A stretch of 63,761 bases of DNA, filler included, from Squatina squatina (taxonomy: Eukaryota), in assembly GCA_031763465.1 (NCBI GenBank). It is 4 parts of 4 records of this genome, joined end to end, with 100 filler letters (N's around TTAATTAATTAA, not from the genome) between each part and the next. Parts side by side here need not be neighbours in the genome. Positions count along the whole stretch, not along the records: positions 1 to 14,451 come from JARFOE010000234.1; positions 14,552 to 31,460 come from JARFOE010000046.1; 2 more parts are not named here. One strand, given 5' to 3'. The stretch's first letter is position 1. Every line of letters begins with the position of its first letter. Positions 12,735 through 24,019 of this stretch are shown one piece after another. The position numbers and the translations under genes are program-made. The notes under the pieces were generated by a model, which saw nothing but the letters and a program-made list of their open reading frames with translations, had not been told where the DNA came from and did no database searches.

Positions 12735-13635
12735 CACTGCTACCCGGGTTTAGCAAATGCAAGTTGCCGTTCAAGTCATAGTTGTATCGCCACATGATTT
12801 TGTCGTTCAGGTAGACGGTTTGAAGCTGCCCGTCAACATCATACTCATAGCCGTATTTGGTGGTGTTGGCAAAGGGTCCAATCTTCATCTCCCGCTTTGT
12901 TACTCGCCCCATGTTGTCGTACTGGATGGTGATCCAGTACATCAGCGATCGGAATATTTCGTACTGAATCTCCTTGATCCGCCCATGCGCGTCGAAGTGC
13001 TTGGTGTATGTCATCACGGCTGTTGAGATGATCTGGTTGATGTCGTAGTAGATCACGCCAAACTTCCCAAACTGCTCGACTTTGCCCGAGATGTCATCAA
13101 ATTGGTAGAGGTCGATCGGCAAGGGGGTCTCGTTGATCACGGCTTGCATGCTGGTCACCCGGAAGTTGTTGTCGTAGCTGTAATCGAAGCGGGCGTTCAC
13201 CATCCCGTCTTCGCTGAAACGGAAGATCTGCCTGTCGATCAGAGGGCCAATTTGGCGGTACCTGATGGTGCAGATGAAGCCCTCGCTCTGCAGGTTGACC
13301 GTCTTGAGTACCCCGGCGGTCTCGTCGTAGGTGAAGCTGACGCGCNNNNNNNNNNNNNNNNNNNNNNNNNNNNNNNNNNNNNNNNNNNNNNNNNNNNNNN
13401 NNNNNNNNNNNNNNNNNNNNNNNNNNNNNNNNNNNNNNNNNNNNNNNNNNNNNNNNNNNNNNNNNNNNNNNNNNNNNNNNNNNNNNNNNNNNNNNNNNNN
13501 NNNNNNNNNNNNNNNNNNNNNNNNNNNNNNNNNNNNNNNNNNNNNNNNNNNNNNNNNNNNNNNNNNNNNNNNNNNNNNNNNNNNNNNNNNNNNNNNNNNN
13601 NACTGGCGCTGGCTGTGGAGCAGTAGCACCATGGA
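12735..13635 (-). CDS. TENM3: Teneurin-3 large YD/RHS-repeat exon, 5' part (interrupted by an N-gap at 13346-13601 and truncated by the gap at 12734)
   Basis: Acceptor tgttttacag|TCC ATG GTG gives [11 protein letters not shown]...[58 protein letters not shown]...[12 protein letters not shown]. Paralogue assigned by sequence recollection and DCTD synteny. Confidence 0.93.
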
Positions 13636-13948
13636 CTGTAAAACAGAACAGAATATAATTGCATACTTAGGAATTAAAATGCAAATTACACGACAAAGGA
13701 AATTAACACTCAGCTCTAAATGATGATGCTTTTGTGTAATTAAGTCATCCTTGACCTACAAGTCTTTAGCAAAGCTTGGCATAATCTATTTGGACGTGTA
13801 AATCTGAAGCTTAAGATTATTAGTTTCAACCGCATAATGTACAACTACACCGCGCCAGGCTACGCTTGATTTAGTGTCAGATGCACTTAAGATGAGCGGC
13901 GTGCCATCAAGCTCTTCTGCGTACGGTAGGCGCTTCCTTGTTCCTCAC

Positions 13949-14245
13949 CTTGTCGAGGTACGTGTAGCTCCAGGTTTTTCCGTCGGTCAGTACGCGGGAG
14001 ACAATTCTCCCCTGCGTGTCGTACTCGATTCTTTCACCCAGCGGGCCCCGCTGAATGCCGGAGATCTGGCCAGTTGAGGAATAGGTGATGTTGACGGCTG
14101 TCAGGCGGCTGCTCGGGAGCCAGAGAGTGGGGTGGCCCGACTGATCGTAGAGGATCCTCAGCTGAAATTTACGGTGATCGTCGTAGATCTTCTCCGTCCG
14201 AGTTGTTCGATTGAAGTCAATGGAGAGGAGGTTCCTGCCGTTCAC
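13949..14245 (-). CDS. TENM3: Teneurin-3 internal exon (297 nt, YD repeats)
   Basis: tatataag|GTG AAC...GAC AAG|gtgagg encodes [27 protein letters not shown]...[11 protein letters not shown]. It joins in phase 0 to SMVLLLH across a 313-nt intron. Confidence 0.93.
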
Positions 14246-14451
14246 CTTATATAAAAAACACCCAGAACAAATCAATTAGGAGTGCTCCTGCTCCCATCCA
14301 CTTATTGCTTTTCAGACAACCTAGCTGTTTTCTAAACAGTGCTCAGAGTGATTGATTCTTCCTCGGTGCAAATTAGTTGACAGACTTCTTGATGTAAATA
14401 AAGAATGAGTTTAACCAGCTTTCATTATGTTAAAAGACAGCTTGACTTCTG

Positions 14452-14551
14452 NNNNNNNNNNNNNNNNNNNNNNNNNNNNNNNNNNNNNNNNNNNNTTAAT
14501 TAATTAANNNNNNNNNNNNNNNNNNNNNNNNNNNNNNNNNNNNNNNNNNNN
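14452..14551. other. Synthetic scaffold linker N44-TTAATTAATTAA-N44
   Basis: Exactly 44 N + TTAATTAATTAA (stops in all six frames) + 44 N; identical at three positions. Confidence 0.95.
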
Positions 14552-14880
14552 TTTACCACCCTCCCTAGACCTACTGAAACAACTGTAACCAGGAACCTCC
14601 AACATCCATTCCTGCCCTTTCTTAAACTATTTTATAAAATTCTATAAGATCACCTCTCCGCCGTCTTCATATCAGACTGAAATGCTCCAGTCTTTCCTCA
14701 TAACTCAGACCTTTGACTTTAGGGCTCAGCCTTCAATCTTCTGTGTACTGCCTGCAGCTTGAAAGTCTCCTTTCTGTCTCTGTTAACCAGAACTGGATGC
14801 AGTGCTCGGGGAGCAATCTGACTAGAGCTACATACGGTTTGGTCACCACTTCCCCTGACTTGGCTACATAGTTTAACATT
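14552..14880 (-). mobile_element. Degenerate CR1-type LINE fragment
   Basis: Minus strand reads KPYVALVRLLPEHCIQFW, a decayed form of LYxxLVRPxLEYCVQFW. Confidence 0.6.
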
Positions 14881-15157
14881 GTATGGAGGTTCTGATGAAG
14901 GTTGCACACCTGAATGGTCGTAACCTGTCTCTTTTCCTTGTGTGGATACTGAGTGACCTGTCTCTTCAGCATTTTTATTTTCATGTAAGATGTATTTTCT
15001 TTAGTTTTTTTTTCCCCCATTGCAACTAGTATTCATCACACAAAGGGATGTGCTACCCTCTCACTGGAAGCCTGATGACAAGCAACACACTGTTGAATCC
15101 TTTGGTCACTGGCTCAGTCGCCGCAGAGGTGATGAGTTTTGTCTGTTCTTGGCTGGA

Positions 15158-15170
15158 CCACTAGATGGCA
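15158..15170 (+). promoter_or_regulatory. Candidate CTCF site in a PPP3CA intron
   Basis: CCACTAGATGGCA matches the CTCF core CCASYAGRKGGCR exactly. Confidence 0.45.
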
Positions 15171-15858
15171 ACAGTGAAGTGTCTCAATAAGACCTCTCAG
15201 CTGAGCTTGGAAGGTCATTGGCACAGACTGCAGAGCAGTCGATGGCTCTCTTGCCCAGCCTCCCAGCTGATCAGTGAAATGTGATGCTGGAAACACCAAG
15301 AAAATAAAACCAGTGACACACACACTGCCCACTCAATTATCAGTGCAGAATTCACTTTCATTACTATTTTACATACACTGAAATACAAATATTAAGAGTA
15401 ACTTCTGATTATTATACTGTAAAATCAGAACATCTTGTAGCAAGGGAGTAAAAAATACAAAGTTAAAATTAATGATAGTGATTGTTACATTCCTCACATA
15501 TCTGTGGCTTTACTATACTATTACAAATGATATTTCATGTAAATTCAGAGTTNNNNNNNNNNNNNNNNNNNNNNNNNNNNNNNNNNNNNNNNNNNNNNNN
15601 NNNNNNNNNNNNNNNNNNNNNNNNNNNNNNNNNNNNNNNNNNNNNNNNNNNNCATATCCCTTTATACGTGCAAGAATTTGGCTATATTTTTGTTGAAACT
15701 ATACTAATGCTTTCTTTTGAGCGTACTGTATATACAATTGCCACTCCCACATTGTTCTCAGTGGGGCCTCCTGTTTTCAACATGTTGGATGTTTACTGCA
15801 CTGAAAATCCACTCAATTTTCTCATTCATTTTGCATGCAACCCTTCTCTTCTCTTCAG

Positions 15859-15906
15859 CTACTGTTGAGGCTATTGAGGCCATTGAGGGTGTTGAAACTC
15901 ATGAAG
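15859..15906 (+). CDS. PPP3CA: Calcineurin A alpha penultimate (alternatively spliced) exon, 48 nt
   Basis: cttctcttctcttcag|CT ACT GTT GAG GCT ATT GAG...CAT GAA G|gtaata gives (A)TVEAIEAIEGVETHE, homologous to the mammalian ATVEAIEADE cassette exon. Phase 1-1 fits the next exon. Confidence 0.85.
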
Positions 15907-17340
15907 GTAATATGGGGCATTTGCTCACTGTATTTGTTGTGATAGACTTTAGTGGTGTTATTTTATTTGGCATTTATTAAAGAGAATAATGACCTTTTTG
16001 CACCCTGTCCTTCCTCTGTTACCTCCGACTTCACTACCTGGCACATTACAATTGCACCTCAATGATATGAAGTCAAAGTCAGTTAAGACTATCAATTCTA
16101 ATAGTCAAACCAGGGTGCAGTATCAGTCCTCCCACTGAAACCAAAAGATCAGTNNNNNNNNNNNNNNNNNNNNNNNNNNNNNNNNNNNNNNNNNNNNNNN
16201 NNNNNNNNNNNNNNNNNNNNNNNNNNNNNNNNNNNNNNNNNNNNNNNNNNNNNNNNNNNNNNNNNNNNNNNNNNNNNNNNNNNNNNNNNNNNNNNNNNNN
16301 NNNNNNNNNNNNNNNNNNNNNNNNNNNNNNNNNNNNNNNNNNNNNNNNNNNNNNNNNNNNNNNNNNNNNNNNNNNNNNNNNNNNNNNNNNNNNNNNNNNN
16401 NNNNNNNNNNNNNNNNNNNNNNNNNNNNNNNNNNNNNNNNNNNNNNNNNNNNNNNNNNNNNNNNNNNNNNNNNNNNNNNNNNNNNNNNNNNNNNNNNNNN
16501 NNNNNNNNNNNNNNNNNNNNNNNNNNNNNNNNNNNNNNNNNNNNNNNNNNNNNNNNNNNNNNNNNNNNNNNNNNNNNNNNNNNNNNNNNNNNNNNNNNNN
16601 NNNNNNNNNNNNNNNNNNNNNNNNNNNNNNNNNNNNNNNNNNNNNNNNNNNNNNNNNNNNNNNNNNNNNNNNNNNNNNNNNNNNNNNNNNNNNNNNNNNN
16701 NNNNNNNNNNNNNNNNNNNNNNNNNNNNNNNNNNNNNNNNNNNNNNNNNNNNNNNNNNNNNNNNNNNNNNNNNNNNNNNNNNNNNNNNNNNNNNNNNNNN
16801 NNNNNNNNNNNNNNNNNNNNNNNNNNNNNNNNNNNNNNNNNNNNNNNNNNNNNNNNNNNNNNNNNNNNNNNNNNNNNNNNNNNNNNNNNNNNNNNNNNNN
16901 NNNNNNNNNNNNNNNNNNNNNNNNNNNNNNNNNNNNNNNNNNNNNNNNNNNNNNNNNNNNNNNNNNNNNNNNNNNNNNNNNNNNNNNNNNNNNNNNNNNN
17001 NNNNNNNNNNNNNNNNNNNNNAAATATGAGATAAATGCAATTAAAAGGTAAATTCTTTATAGATTGAATTTCCATCGGGCTGTGCTGAACATCTGCTGTA
17101 ACATCAATGGATGATCTGCAAAAAACCCAGAGAAACAGTGTTTCCACGGCAATCAGGAGACCGCCTGCAGAAATTCAATCCCAAATTTGCTTCAGGCAAA
17201 GTGAAACTAAATATTGATCAGACAAGACTTTTTTGTTTAACGTATATGTGGTCTAAATAATACAATCAAGAGGTTAATTGTTTTTTTTTTTCTTTTTCTG
17301 TTTACTTCTTAACCTACTCAAAACAATAATCCAATCCTAG

Positions 17341-17525
17341 CCATCCGAGGATTTACACCTCAGCATAAAATCAGTAGTTTTGAAGAAGCAAAAGGCCTGG
17401 ACCGTATCAATGAGAGGATGCCTCCTCGAAGAGATGCAGTATCCAATTCTGGCAATGTTCATTCAACTGGGAAAATGAATGTGTCCGAGTCTAATGGGAC
17501 AGATGACAACAGCAACATCCAGTGA
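17341..17525 (+). CDS. PPP3CA: Calcineurin A alpha terminal coding exon (autoinhibitory domain)
   Basis: Acceptor ...aatcctag| then (A)[60 protein letters not shown]. The autoinhibitory peptide and SNIQ end are alpha-type. Missed by the ORF track. Confidence 0.95.
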
Positions 17526-18977
17526 CCTGCTTTTAAGACTCCGACAGCTCTGCAGTTGTACTGTGTCAACTGTTTGGTGTTCCAGCCTCTGATATCCAAG
17601 ACAATGTACTGCTCACTCAGAAGCAAAGAGTTTGAATAAATTTATAAAAGAAAACACAAACCCCATAACTTCCACACAGAAAATTAGTGTTAGAAAGCTG
17701 GAAACCTTAGCCATCTTGTTTAGAGGGACTGCCATCAGTGCTTATAGACAAGGTGAGACTCAATGCAGGTTATGCATTAAAGCGTGGTCTGAGGCTGTTC
17801 AGTTGTTTACTCGTTTTCCCTAATGAAAGCAAGGGTAGACATTTACAAAGGTCTCTTGTAAACTTGGATAAATTGTTTCACATTGATACATCCAGTGGTG
17901 CATTTGAGAGGTAGCACCAAACATTTCAAAACTGTTAAAAGTAAAAATGTTTCATGCATAAATATAGTTATATGATTAATATAACTTAATTTAAAATAAA
18001 AGTTTTGCTACTAGTATTGAAATTTAAGTCTTAGAAAATCAAATTTGAAGTTGCAAAATGTTTCACATGCCAAATACCAGATGATTCTGTTTTTGTATAA
18101 AATTCCCCTGCCCGACTTCTGCGTATTTGGATGCTATCAGGTCTGTTTGATGGTAACCTACTATCCGATCATGTTGCTTGTAACTGGAATCTAAATTACT
18201 GGTATTTATATTTTTGTTGCTAATTTCCGACATAAAATAACTAGGTTTTGCTTGTCACTTGCCTGTAATGAACAGTTACAAATGGCACAGTATTTTTTGT
18301 AAAGTAATTAATGTGCACCACTATAGTGCCAGAATTAGGATTTGTACAGCATCTATAGAATGCATCTATGCATGTGGTTAAGTTTCTTAACAATATGTGG
18401 AGCTATATTTGTGCTGTGTTTAAAAAATCTGGCTGTGTTGTATTCTTACTTGCTTTCTCTCTGCAGAATTGGTAAAGCTTTTGAGTTATTGCAATTGGTG
18501 TACAAACATTGAAGTTACTTTGACAGTTGAAATTATTTGTATNNNNNNNNNNNNNNNNNNNNNNNNNNNNNNNNNNNNNNNNNNNNNNNNNNNNNNNNNN
18601 NNNNNNNNNNNNNNNNNNNNNNNNNNNNNNNNNNNNNNNNNNNNNNNNNNNNNNNNNNNNNNNNNNNNNNNNNNNNNNNNNNNNNNNNNNNNNCTAAAAG
18701 TTAAAGTTAAGCATACTATCCACTTTCTTCCACTCTTTGTTGACTCTTGTTTTGTCAAAGCGTGAAGACCTTTTGAAGACTTTCATGGATCTGATCTTGT
18801 AATTCCTCTTGTAATTTTCTCATCTGGAACCGAGGCTTCACATTTAACTTGTTATTTGAAACACTGACATTGTAAGCATGCCCTCTGGAAACTCAAACAC
18901 TTTTTTTTACTATTCAATAAAATGTGCATGAACCCATCAATTTCTCGAAGATACTGTTTTATAAAATCATGAATAAA
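17526..18977 (+). other. PPP3CA: PPP3CA 3'UTR with candidate poly(A) signals
   Basis: Repeat-free AT-rich region after the stop, with AATAAA at 17635, 17995, 18916 and 18972. Confidence 0.55.
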
Positions 18978-19744
18978 ATTTTACTAACTGTTGGAATAGT
19001 AAGTAGGCAGTTACGATTACAAAAGTAAACACTGCCCTATATTTCATGCCCTTCTGTTAAATTCACTGTTCGAATACTGTAGAACACTTGCTGCCATTGG
19101 AAAACTTCAGTAATCACACAGTTCCATTCAGTAACACAAAAGGTAAAGCTGCTAAAAGAATTCTAATTGCAATTCCTAGTTGGAGGGCAGTGCCAACATG
19201 GTTTCCTAATAATAAAAAGAAATTGTTAATGGATATATGACAAGATGCTTACAACTTGAGTGCTTCTGTCACTAAGCTTTCTAATCTGCTTTGTTATTTT
19301 GCAGGGTGCTTGCATTATGTATTATTTAAATTCATGCCTCACGGCAAGATGCAACACTATAATTTGAACTCAGTGAGCAGACAGTGCTGTGCTTAGATCT
19401 TATAATGGTATCAAACCCCTCAAAAGCTCACTCAGTTTTCATTTTGAATATTTATAATTTCATCTGCATACCTGATTGGTGCAGCACTCTCTTTATATCA
19501 AATATTTTACTATTTAACTTTACCATGCCCCGGAACAATCACTAGTGTGTAAAGACCTTAATATATGATTGTCAGTCATATTTTGTGTTACAGTTTGGGA
19601 ATTGAAATAGTACAGAACTCATCACATTCTGTTAGGAAAAGGATTTGTGTAAATGTGAACAATTCCCTGAAAGTATCTAATCAATGCAAACTTGCTACTA
19701 ACAAGATGATTAAGCACAGGATACTTTGGTTATCAATTTAAACT

Positions 19745-19974
19745 TTATTGTTATTCATTTGCGATATGCGCATCACTGGCAAGGCCAGAATTTATTGCCT
19801 ATCCCTAACTGCCCTTATTACGTGGCCATCTCAGCGGGCAGTGAAAAGTGAACCTCATTGCTGTGGGTCTGGAGTCACATATAGGACAGACAGGGTAAGG
19901 ATGGCAGATTCCCTTCCCTAAAGGCAGGTTTTTATGACAATCCTGTAGTTACATGGTCACCATTACCGACACTA
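19745..19974 (-). mobile_element. 3' part of the same SINE family as 3732-4100
   Basis: Reverse complement of the tail and core (GGCAAGGCCAG.ATTTATTGCC..., GGTAAGGATGGCAGATT.CCTTCCCTAAAGG). Confidence 0.7.
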
Positions 19975-20622
19975 GGGCCGCGATTTCGCCAATGGTGGCG
20001 AGTCCGGTGCGGCTGGCATCGGTTGCCTGTGGAGAATCCGCTTCTCTCTGCAGCCCACCCTCTCGAAACAATTTTCCCCTGATTGGGCTTGTTAAGCATG
20101 CCCTGCAAGGTTCCCGGCCAATTAGCAGGAAGCAGGTCTGATGACATTATTTGATGATGCGTCGTCAGCCAATTTCCTTAAAGTGACCCTGCCCACATTC
20201 ATTTTGACAGTTCTGTCGTGTTCTGCAGCATTGAGGTGCTGTAAACACTGACAAAACACTGCACAAAGGTGCACGGTTGCACCCAGGCTCTCCCATGACT
20301 CCCTCCAGATACTTATGGAGGGTGTCACAGCACACAGGGATGTCCTCTTCCCTTTCAATGGGAGGAAGTAACGTCCCCAGGACACCAATGCAGCCTGGTT
20401 GCACATTACACAGAAGGACACAAGCAGAGATGTCGTCAGGAGGACCTGGTTGCAGTGGTGCAAACCTTTCAATGATCTCAGTAGATCACAAAACATTACT
20501 GCAAAGCCACATTCAACCTTATCCTGCTGTGCCACTCATCACATCCCCATTACTCTGCCTTCCCTCCCCTACTCCCGCACATTCTTACTCACACCAACTT
20601 ATCTTGCACCTCCACCCATCCC
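19975..20622 (+). mobile_element. PIF/Harbinger relic with a degenerate Myb/SANT-like ORF (~20255-20490)
   Basis: Starts GGGCCGCGATTTCGCC. Reads TAQRCTVAPRLSHDSLQILMEGVTAHRDVLFPFNGRK*RPQDTNAAWLHITQKDTSRDVVRRTWLQWCKPFNDLSRS. Inverted homologue of 2880-3731. Confidence 0.65.
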
Positions 20623-22387
20623 NNNNNNNNNNNNNNNNNNNNNNNNNNNNNNNNNNNNNNNNNNNNNNNNNNNNNNNNNNNNNNNNNNNNNNNNNNNNNN
20701 NNNNNNNNNNNNNNNNNNNNNNATGTAATAGGACCTTGATTTAAATGTATTCATGAACCTCGTGCCTGAGTCAGGCAGGCACCTCAGACCCCTATAAAAC
20801 CAGCAGCAGGAAGATGCTGGTCAAAATCAGTGGTAAGTCTCGCTTCGATTTTAATTCCTGTATCATCTGCTTTCCACTTGGCGGATAGTTAAAATCCACC
20901 CTTTGAAAGGCCATTGTAAACCAGCACATGAGTACTATCTGGCAAAGGTTTGTGATGTATTTTGAAAGGCCCTAAATATTTATCTCATGAGCTGGCATCC
21001 TATAATTAGTCGCCAACTTTTGGAATATATTGGAATAAGCTCCGAGGCAGACTTCACTGTCTGCCAACCCTTCGTTGTATGATGCAGTGCAGTGCGACTG
21101 AAATAGTAGTTGTTTTCTGATTTAAACACAATGGAACGGAAAACAGATGTAAAGTGAGCATAAAAGGGAAGACGCTGACAAGGACAAGTCCTGAGAAGGA
21201 GTAAAGAAACACCAGAAAGTATCTTGAAATAACATAGTTTTCAGCAAGTGAGAGTAGCAAAGAAGAAGCAATCACATCCAACAGAGGGAAAGAATAAAAG
21301 TGTCAATTATAATTTACTTCCCCAAAAATATTATACCTATTTGGAAACTTTCTTCTGTAGTTATATCTGTTTCAGAATAGACTTAAGAAAAAAAAAATAA
21401 CCAAATAATACTCTGAAAAATATGGAACAGAGAATAGAAATTTTACTTATATGTTATTGATAATTTTTTAAAAAGTCTCTGGAGCCGGCCTTCATCTAAA
21501 ACACAAGTGCCAATTCATTGTGAATTTTTAGATGCAAGATTCCCACACCCTGTGAATCAGAACAGAGCATTAGATAAGCAAATGGTCTGTGGTGTTAATT
21601 CCCTTGTGATTTCCTGCTATTTCCTCCTATTCTTTGAAAGGAAACACCAGAAATAATCAGTACGNNNNNNNNNNNNNNNNNNNNNNNNNNNNNNNNNNNN
21701 NNNNNNNNNNNNNNNNNNNNNNNNNNNNNNNNNNNNNNNNNNNNNNNNNNNNNNNNNNNNNNNNCAGAAGAGCAGTTAGGGGTTATTTTTAGTGCAGCAA
21801 GACATTCCACTACTGTAGGGAAGCACAGTGTGCTCAATATTTTGTGAAGACAAATTGTACTGATTAAGTTAAGCGAGTCCAATTGTAACTGTTGCTCTGT
21901 ATGCTCACATACTATGAAATGTAGCAGCTAAGCAATTTGGCCTTGTCTTACCAAATGTTTTCTCAGTCCGCCTTCAAAAAGATTGAAGAAGTACATGCGA
22001 TACCATATGTGAAAGACACAATATCCAGTTTGTATGTCGAGGAGGATGTGTTGTTACGCTATCATAAGTAGTTATTGTGAGTTAACTTCGGCAGGTAAAA
22101 GGCACCTGCAGCAATGGCTAACACTGCTGAACAAATACCAGTGTAAAAATTGCGTGCATTGGCAATACTAAAAGGTCATCGGGCGTCGTGAAGTGTCACT
22201 GGGTTGGTTCATAGGTTATGCAGGGCTAAGAGGTGGGGATTCACAAACATGGCAGCTGGTGAGCAGAATGTATTTTTATCGCTATGCCTCTGGTTTATAC
22301 AATTTCAATTGGCTTACTTCAACTGGGTTGCCCTGATTTATCTGCAGGTACTGAAATATTTCACTGTAACTGTTATAAGTTGTGATT

Positions 22388-22905
22388 AGATCATAGAATC
22401 GTACAGCACAGAAGGAGGCCATTCGGCCCATCGAGTCTGTGCTGGCTCTTTCGAAGAGCAATCCAGTCAGTCCCACTTCCCCGCTCTTTTCCCATAGCCC
22501 TGCAACTTTTTCTCCTTCAAGTATTTATCCAATTTCCTTTTGAAGGCTATTATTGAATCTTCCTCCACCACCCTATCAGGCCGTATTCCTGATCCAAACT
22601 ACTCGTTGCGTAAAAAGGTTTTCCCTCATGTCGCCTCTGGTTCTTTTGCCAACCACCTTAAATCTGGGCCCTCTGGTTATCAACCCTTCAGACACTGGAA
22701 ACAGTTTCTCTTTATTTACTCTATCTACACCCTTCATGATTTTAAACACTTCTATCAAATCTCCTCTTAACCTTCTCTGCTCCAAGGAGAACAACCCCAG
22801 CTTCTCCAGTGTCTCCACGTAACCGTGTTCCCTCATCCCTGGGACCATTCTGGAAAATCTCTTCTATACCCTCTCCCAAGCCTTCATGTCCTTTCTAAAG
22901 TGCAG
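22388..22905 (-). mobile_element. CR1-type LINE 3' end
   Basis: Minus ORF LEKLGLFSLEQRRLRGDLIEVFKIMKGVDRV...FTQRVV, followed by the 3' tail. Confidence 0.9.
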
Positions 22906-23651
22906 TTGTTGGAGAAGTGCTCATCAGCGTAAGTTCAGAGANNNNNNNNNNNNNNNNNNNNNNNNNNNNNNNNNNNNNNNNNNNNNNNNNNNNNNNNNNN
23001 NNNNNNNNNNNNNNNNNNNNNNNNNNNNNNNNNNNNNNNNNTTGAAACAACTCACTGTATTGAGTAACAAACTCTCCAGCATTAGACTAAGACTATGTCT
23101 AGGCTGGGAACTATACACTCGGTTTACACTTGGACTAGCCCTGCTCTGAGCTCCAGGCAGGAAACCCCCAGTTCATCTGAACTCAGGTGAGCACTCGGGG
23201 TCACTGGAGAAAGACGGAGGGCTTACCGAGATCACCTGGCTTTATACTCCCACATTGGAGTTGCCGTGGTTGTACAAAGCAAAGTCAAAACCTTATTCCT
23301 GATACATAACAGAACCTGTGTGAAGTAGTGACACTTGGATTAGCATTAGGGCATCACCTGCAAAACGTGTGAATGGCACCACAACAGCCTGTTTACAGGC
23401 CTCAGGACGTCTGGTGACAATTAGGAAGCTCCAATATGGGTAGCTACACCAAGACCCAACCTCTAGGAGGCAATGGCTGAAGGTCAATAGAAAAGCAGCT
23501 TCGTCTTAAAATGGCCTCAAGGTGTGTGAACTTTCCAAATTGACTTTTGATGGACTACAACTCTTCTGCACCTGGTGCGCAGCCACAGCAGTGCGATGCT
23601 CACTCCTGGATATGGAATCAGATCTCTTGGAGTTAGTCCCATTCAAGCAGG

Positions 23652-24019
23652 TACTTTTGAAGTGCAGTCACTGTGGGTATGTAGGTAAACACAGCAGCCA
23701 ATGTGCACACAGCAAGGACCCCAAACAGCAACAATAACAGGTAAGTGGCCAGTTCATCTGCTTTGGTGGTTTTGGTTGAGGAATAAATATTGGTCAGAAC
23801 ATCAGGGGAATTGACTGCTCTTTGTCAAATAGTGCCATGGGATCATTTACATTCACCTGAAGTTTAATATCTCATTCAAAAGACAGCAACTCCAAGTATG
23901 TAGCACTCCGTCACTGATGCACTGAAGCATCAGCCCAGATTATCTGCTCAGGTTCTAGCGTGGAATTTAAGCCAATGACCTTCTGGCTCAGAAGTGACAG
24001 TGTTACTACTAAGTGACAC
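23652..24019 (-). mobile_element. Deu-domain SINE copy
   Basis: Reverse-complement match to 513-960 from tail to tRNA-like head. Confidence 0.7.

Noticed and set aside
12559-13632. 357-aa ORF as a short standalone teneurin
   Set aside because: An artefact of reading through N-gaps. The Met is internal to an exon and the 100-N gap hides hundreds of codons.
12559-14275. Bacterial RHS/YD toxin or recent horizontal transfer
   Set aside because: The YD repeats belong to teneurin. There are spliceosomal GT-AG introns, a TCAP C-terminus and DCTD synteny. The resemblance to bacterial toxins is ancient and already known.
14496-14507. TTAATTAATTAA as a biological palindrome or homeodomain site
   Set aside because: It is flanked by exactly 44 N on each side at three places, so it is an assembly spacer.
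14245-15859. TENM3-PPP3CA adjacency as a rearrangement
   Set aside because: The two genes are separated by a synthetic linker.
21054-21281. Hydrophobic 75-aa ORF as a membrane protein or EMCN exon
   Set aside because: It is on the wrong strand for EMCN, its hydrophobicity follows from T-rich composition, and it has no splice support.
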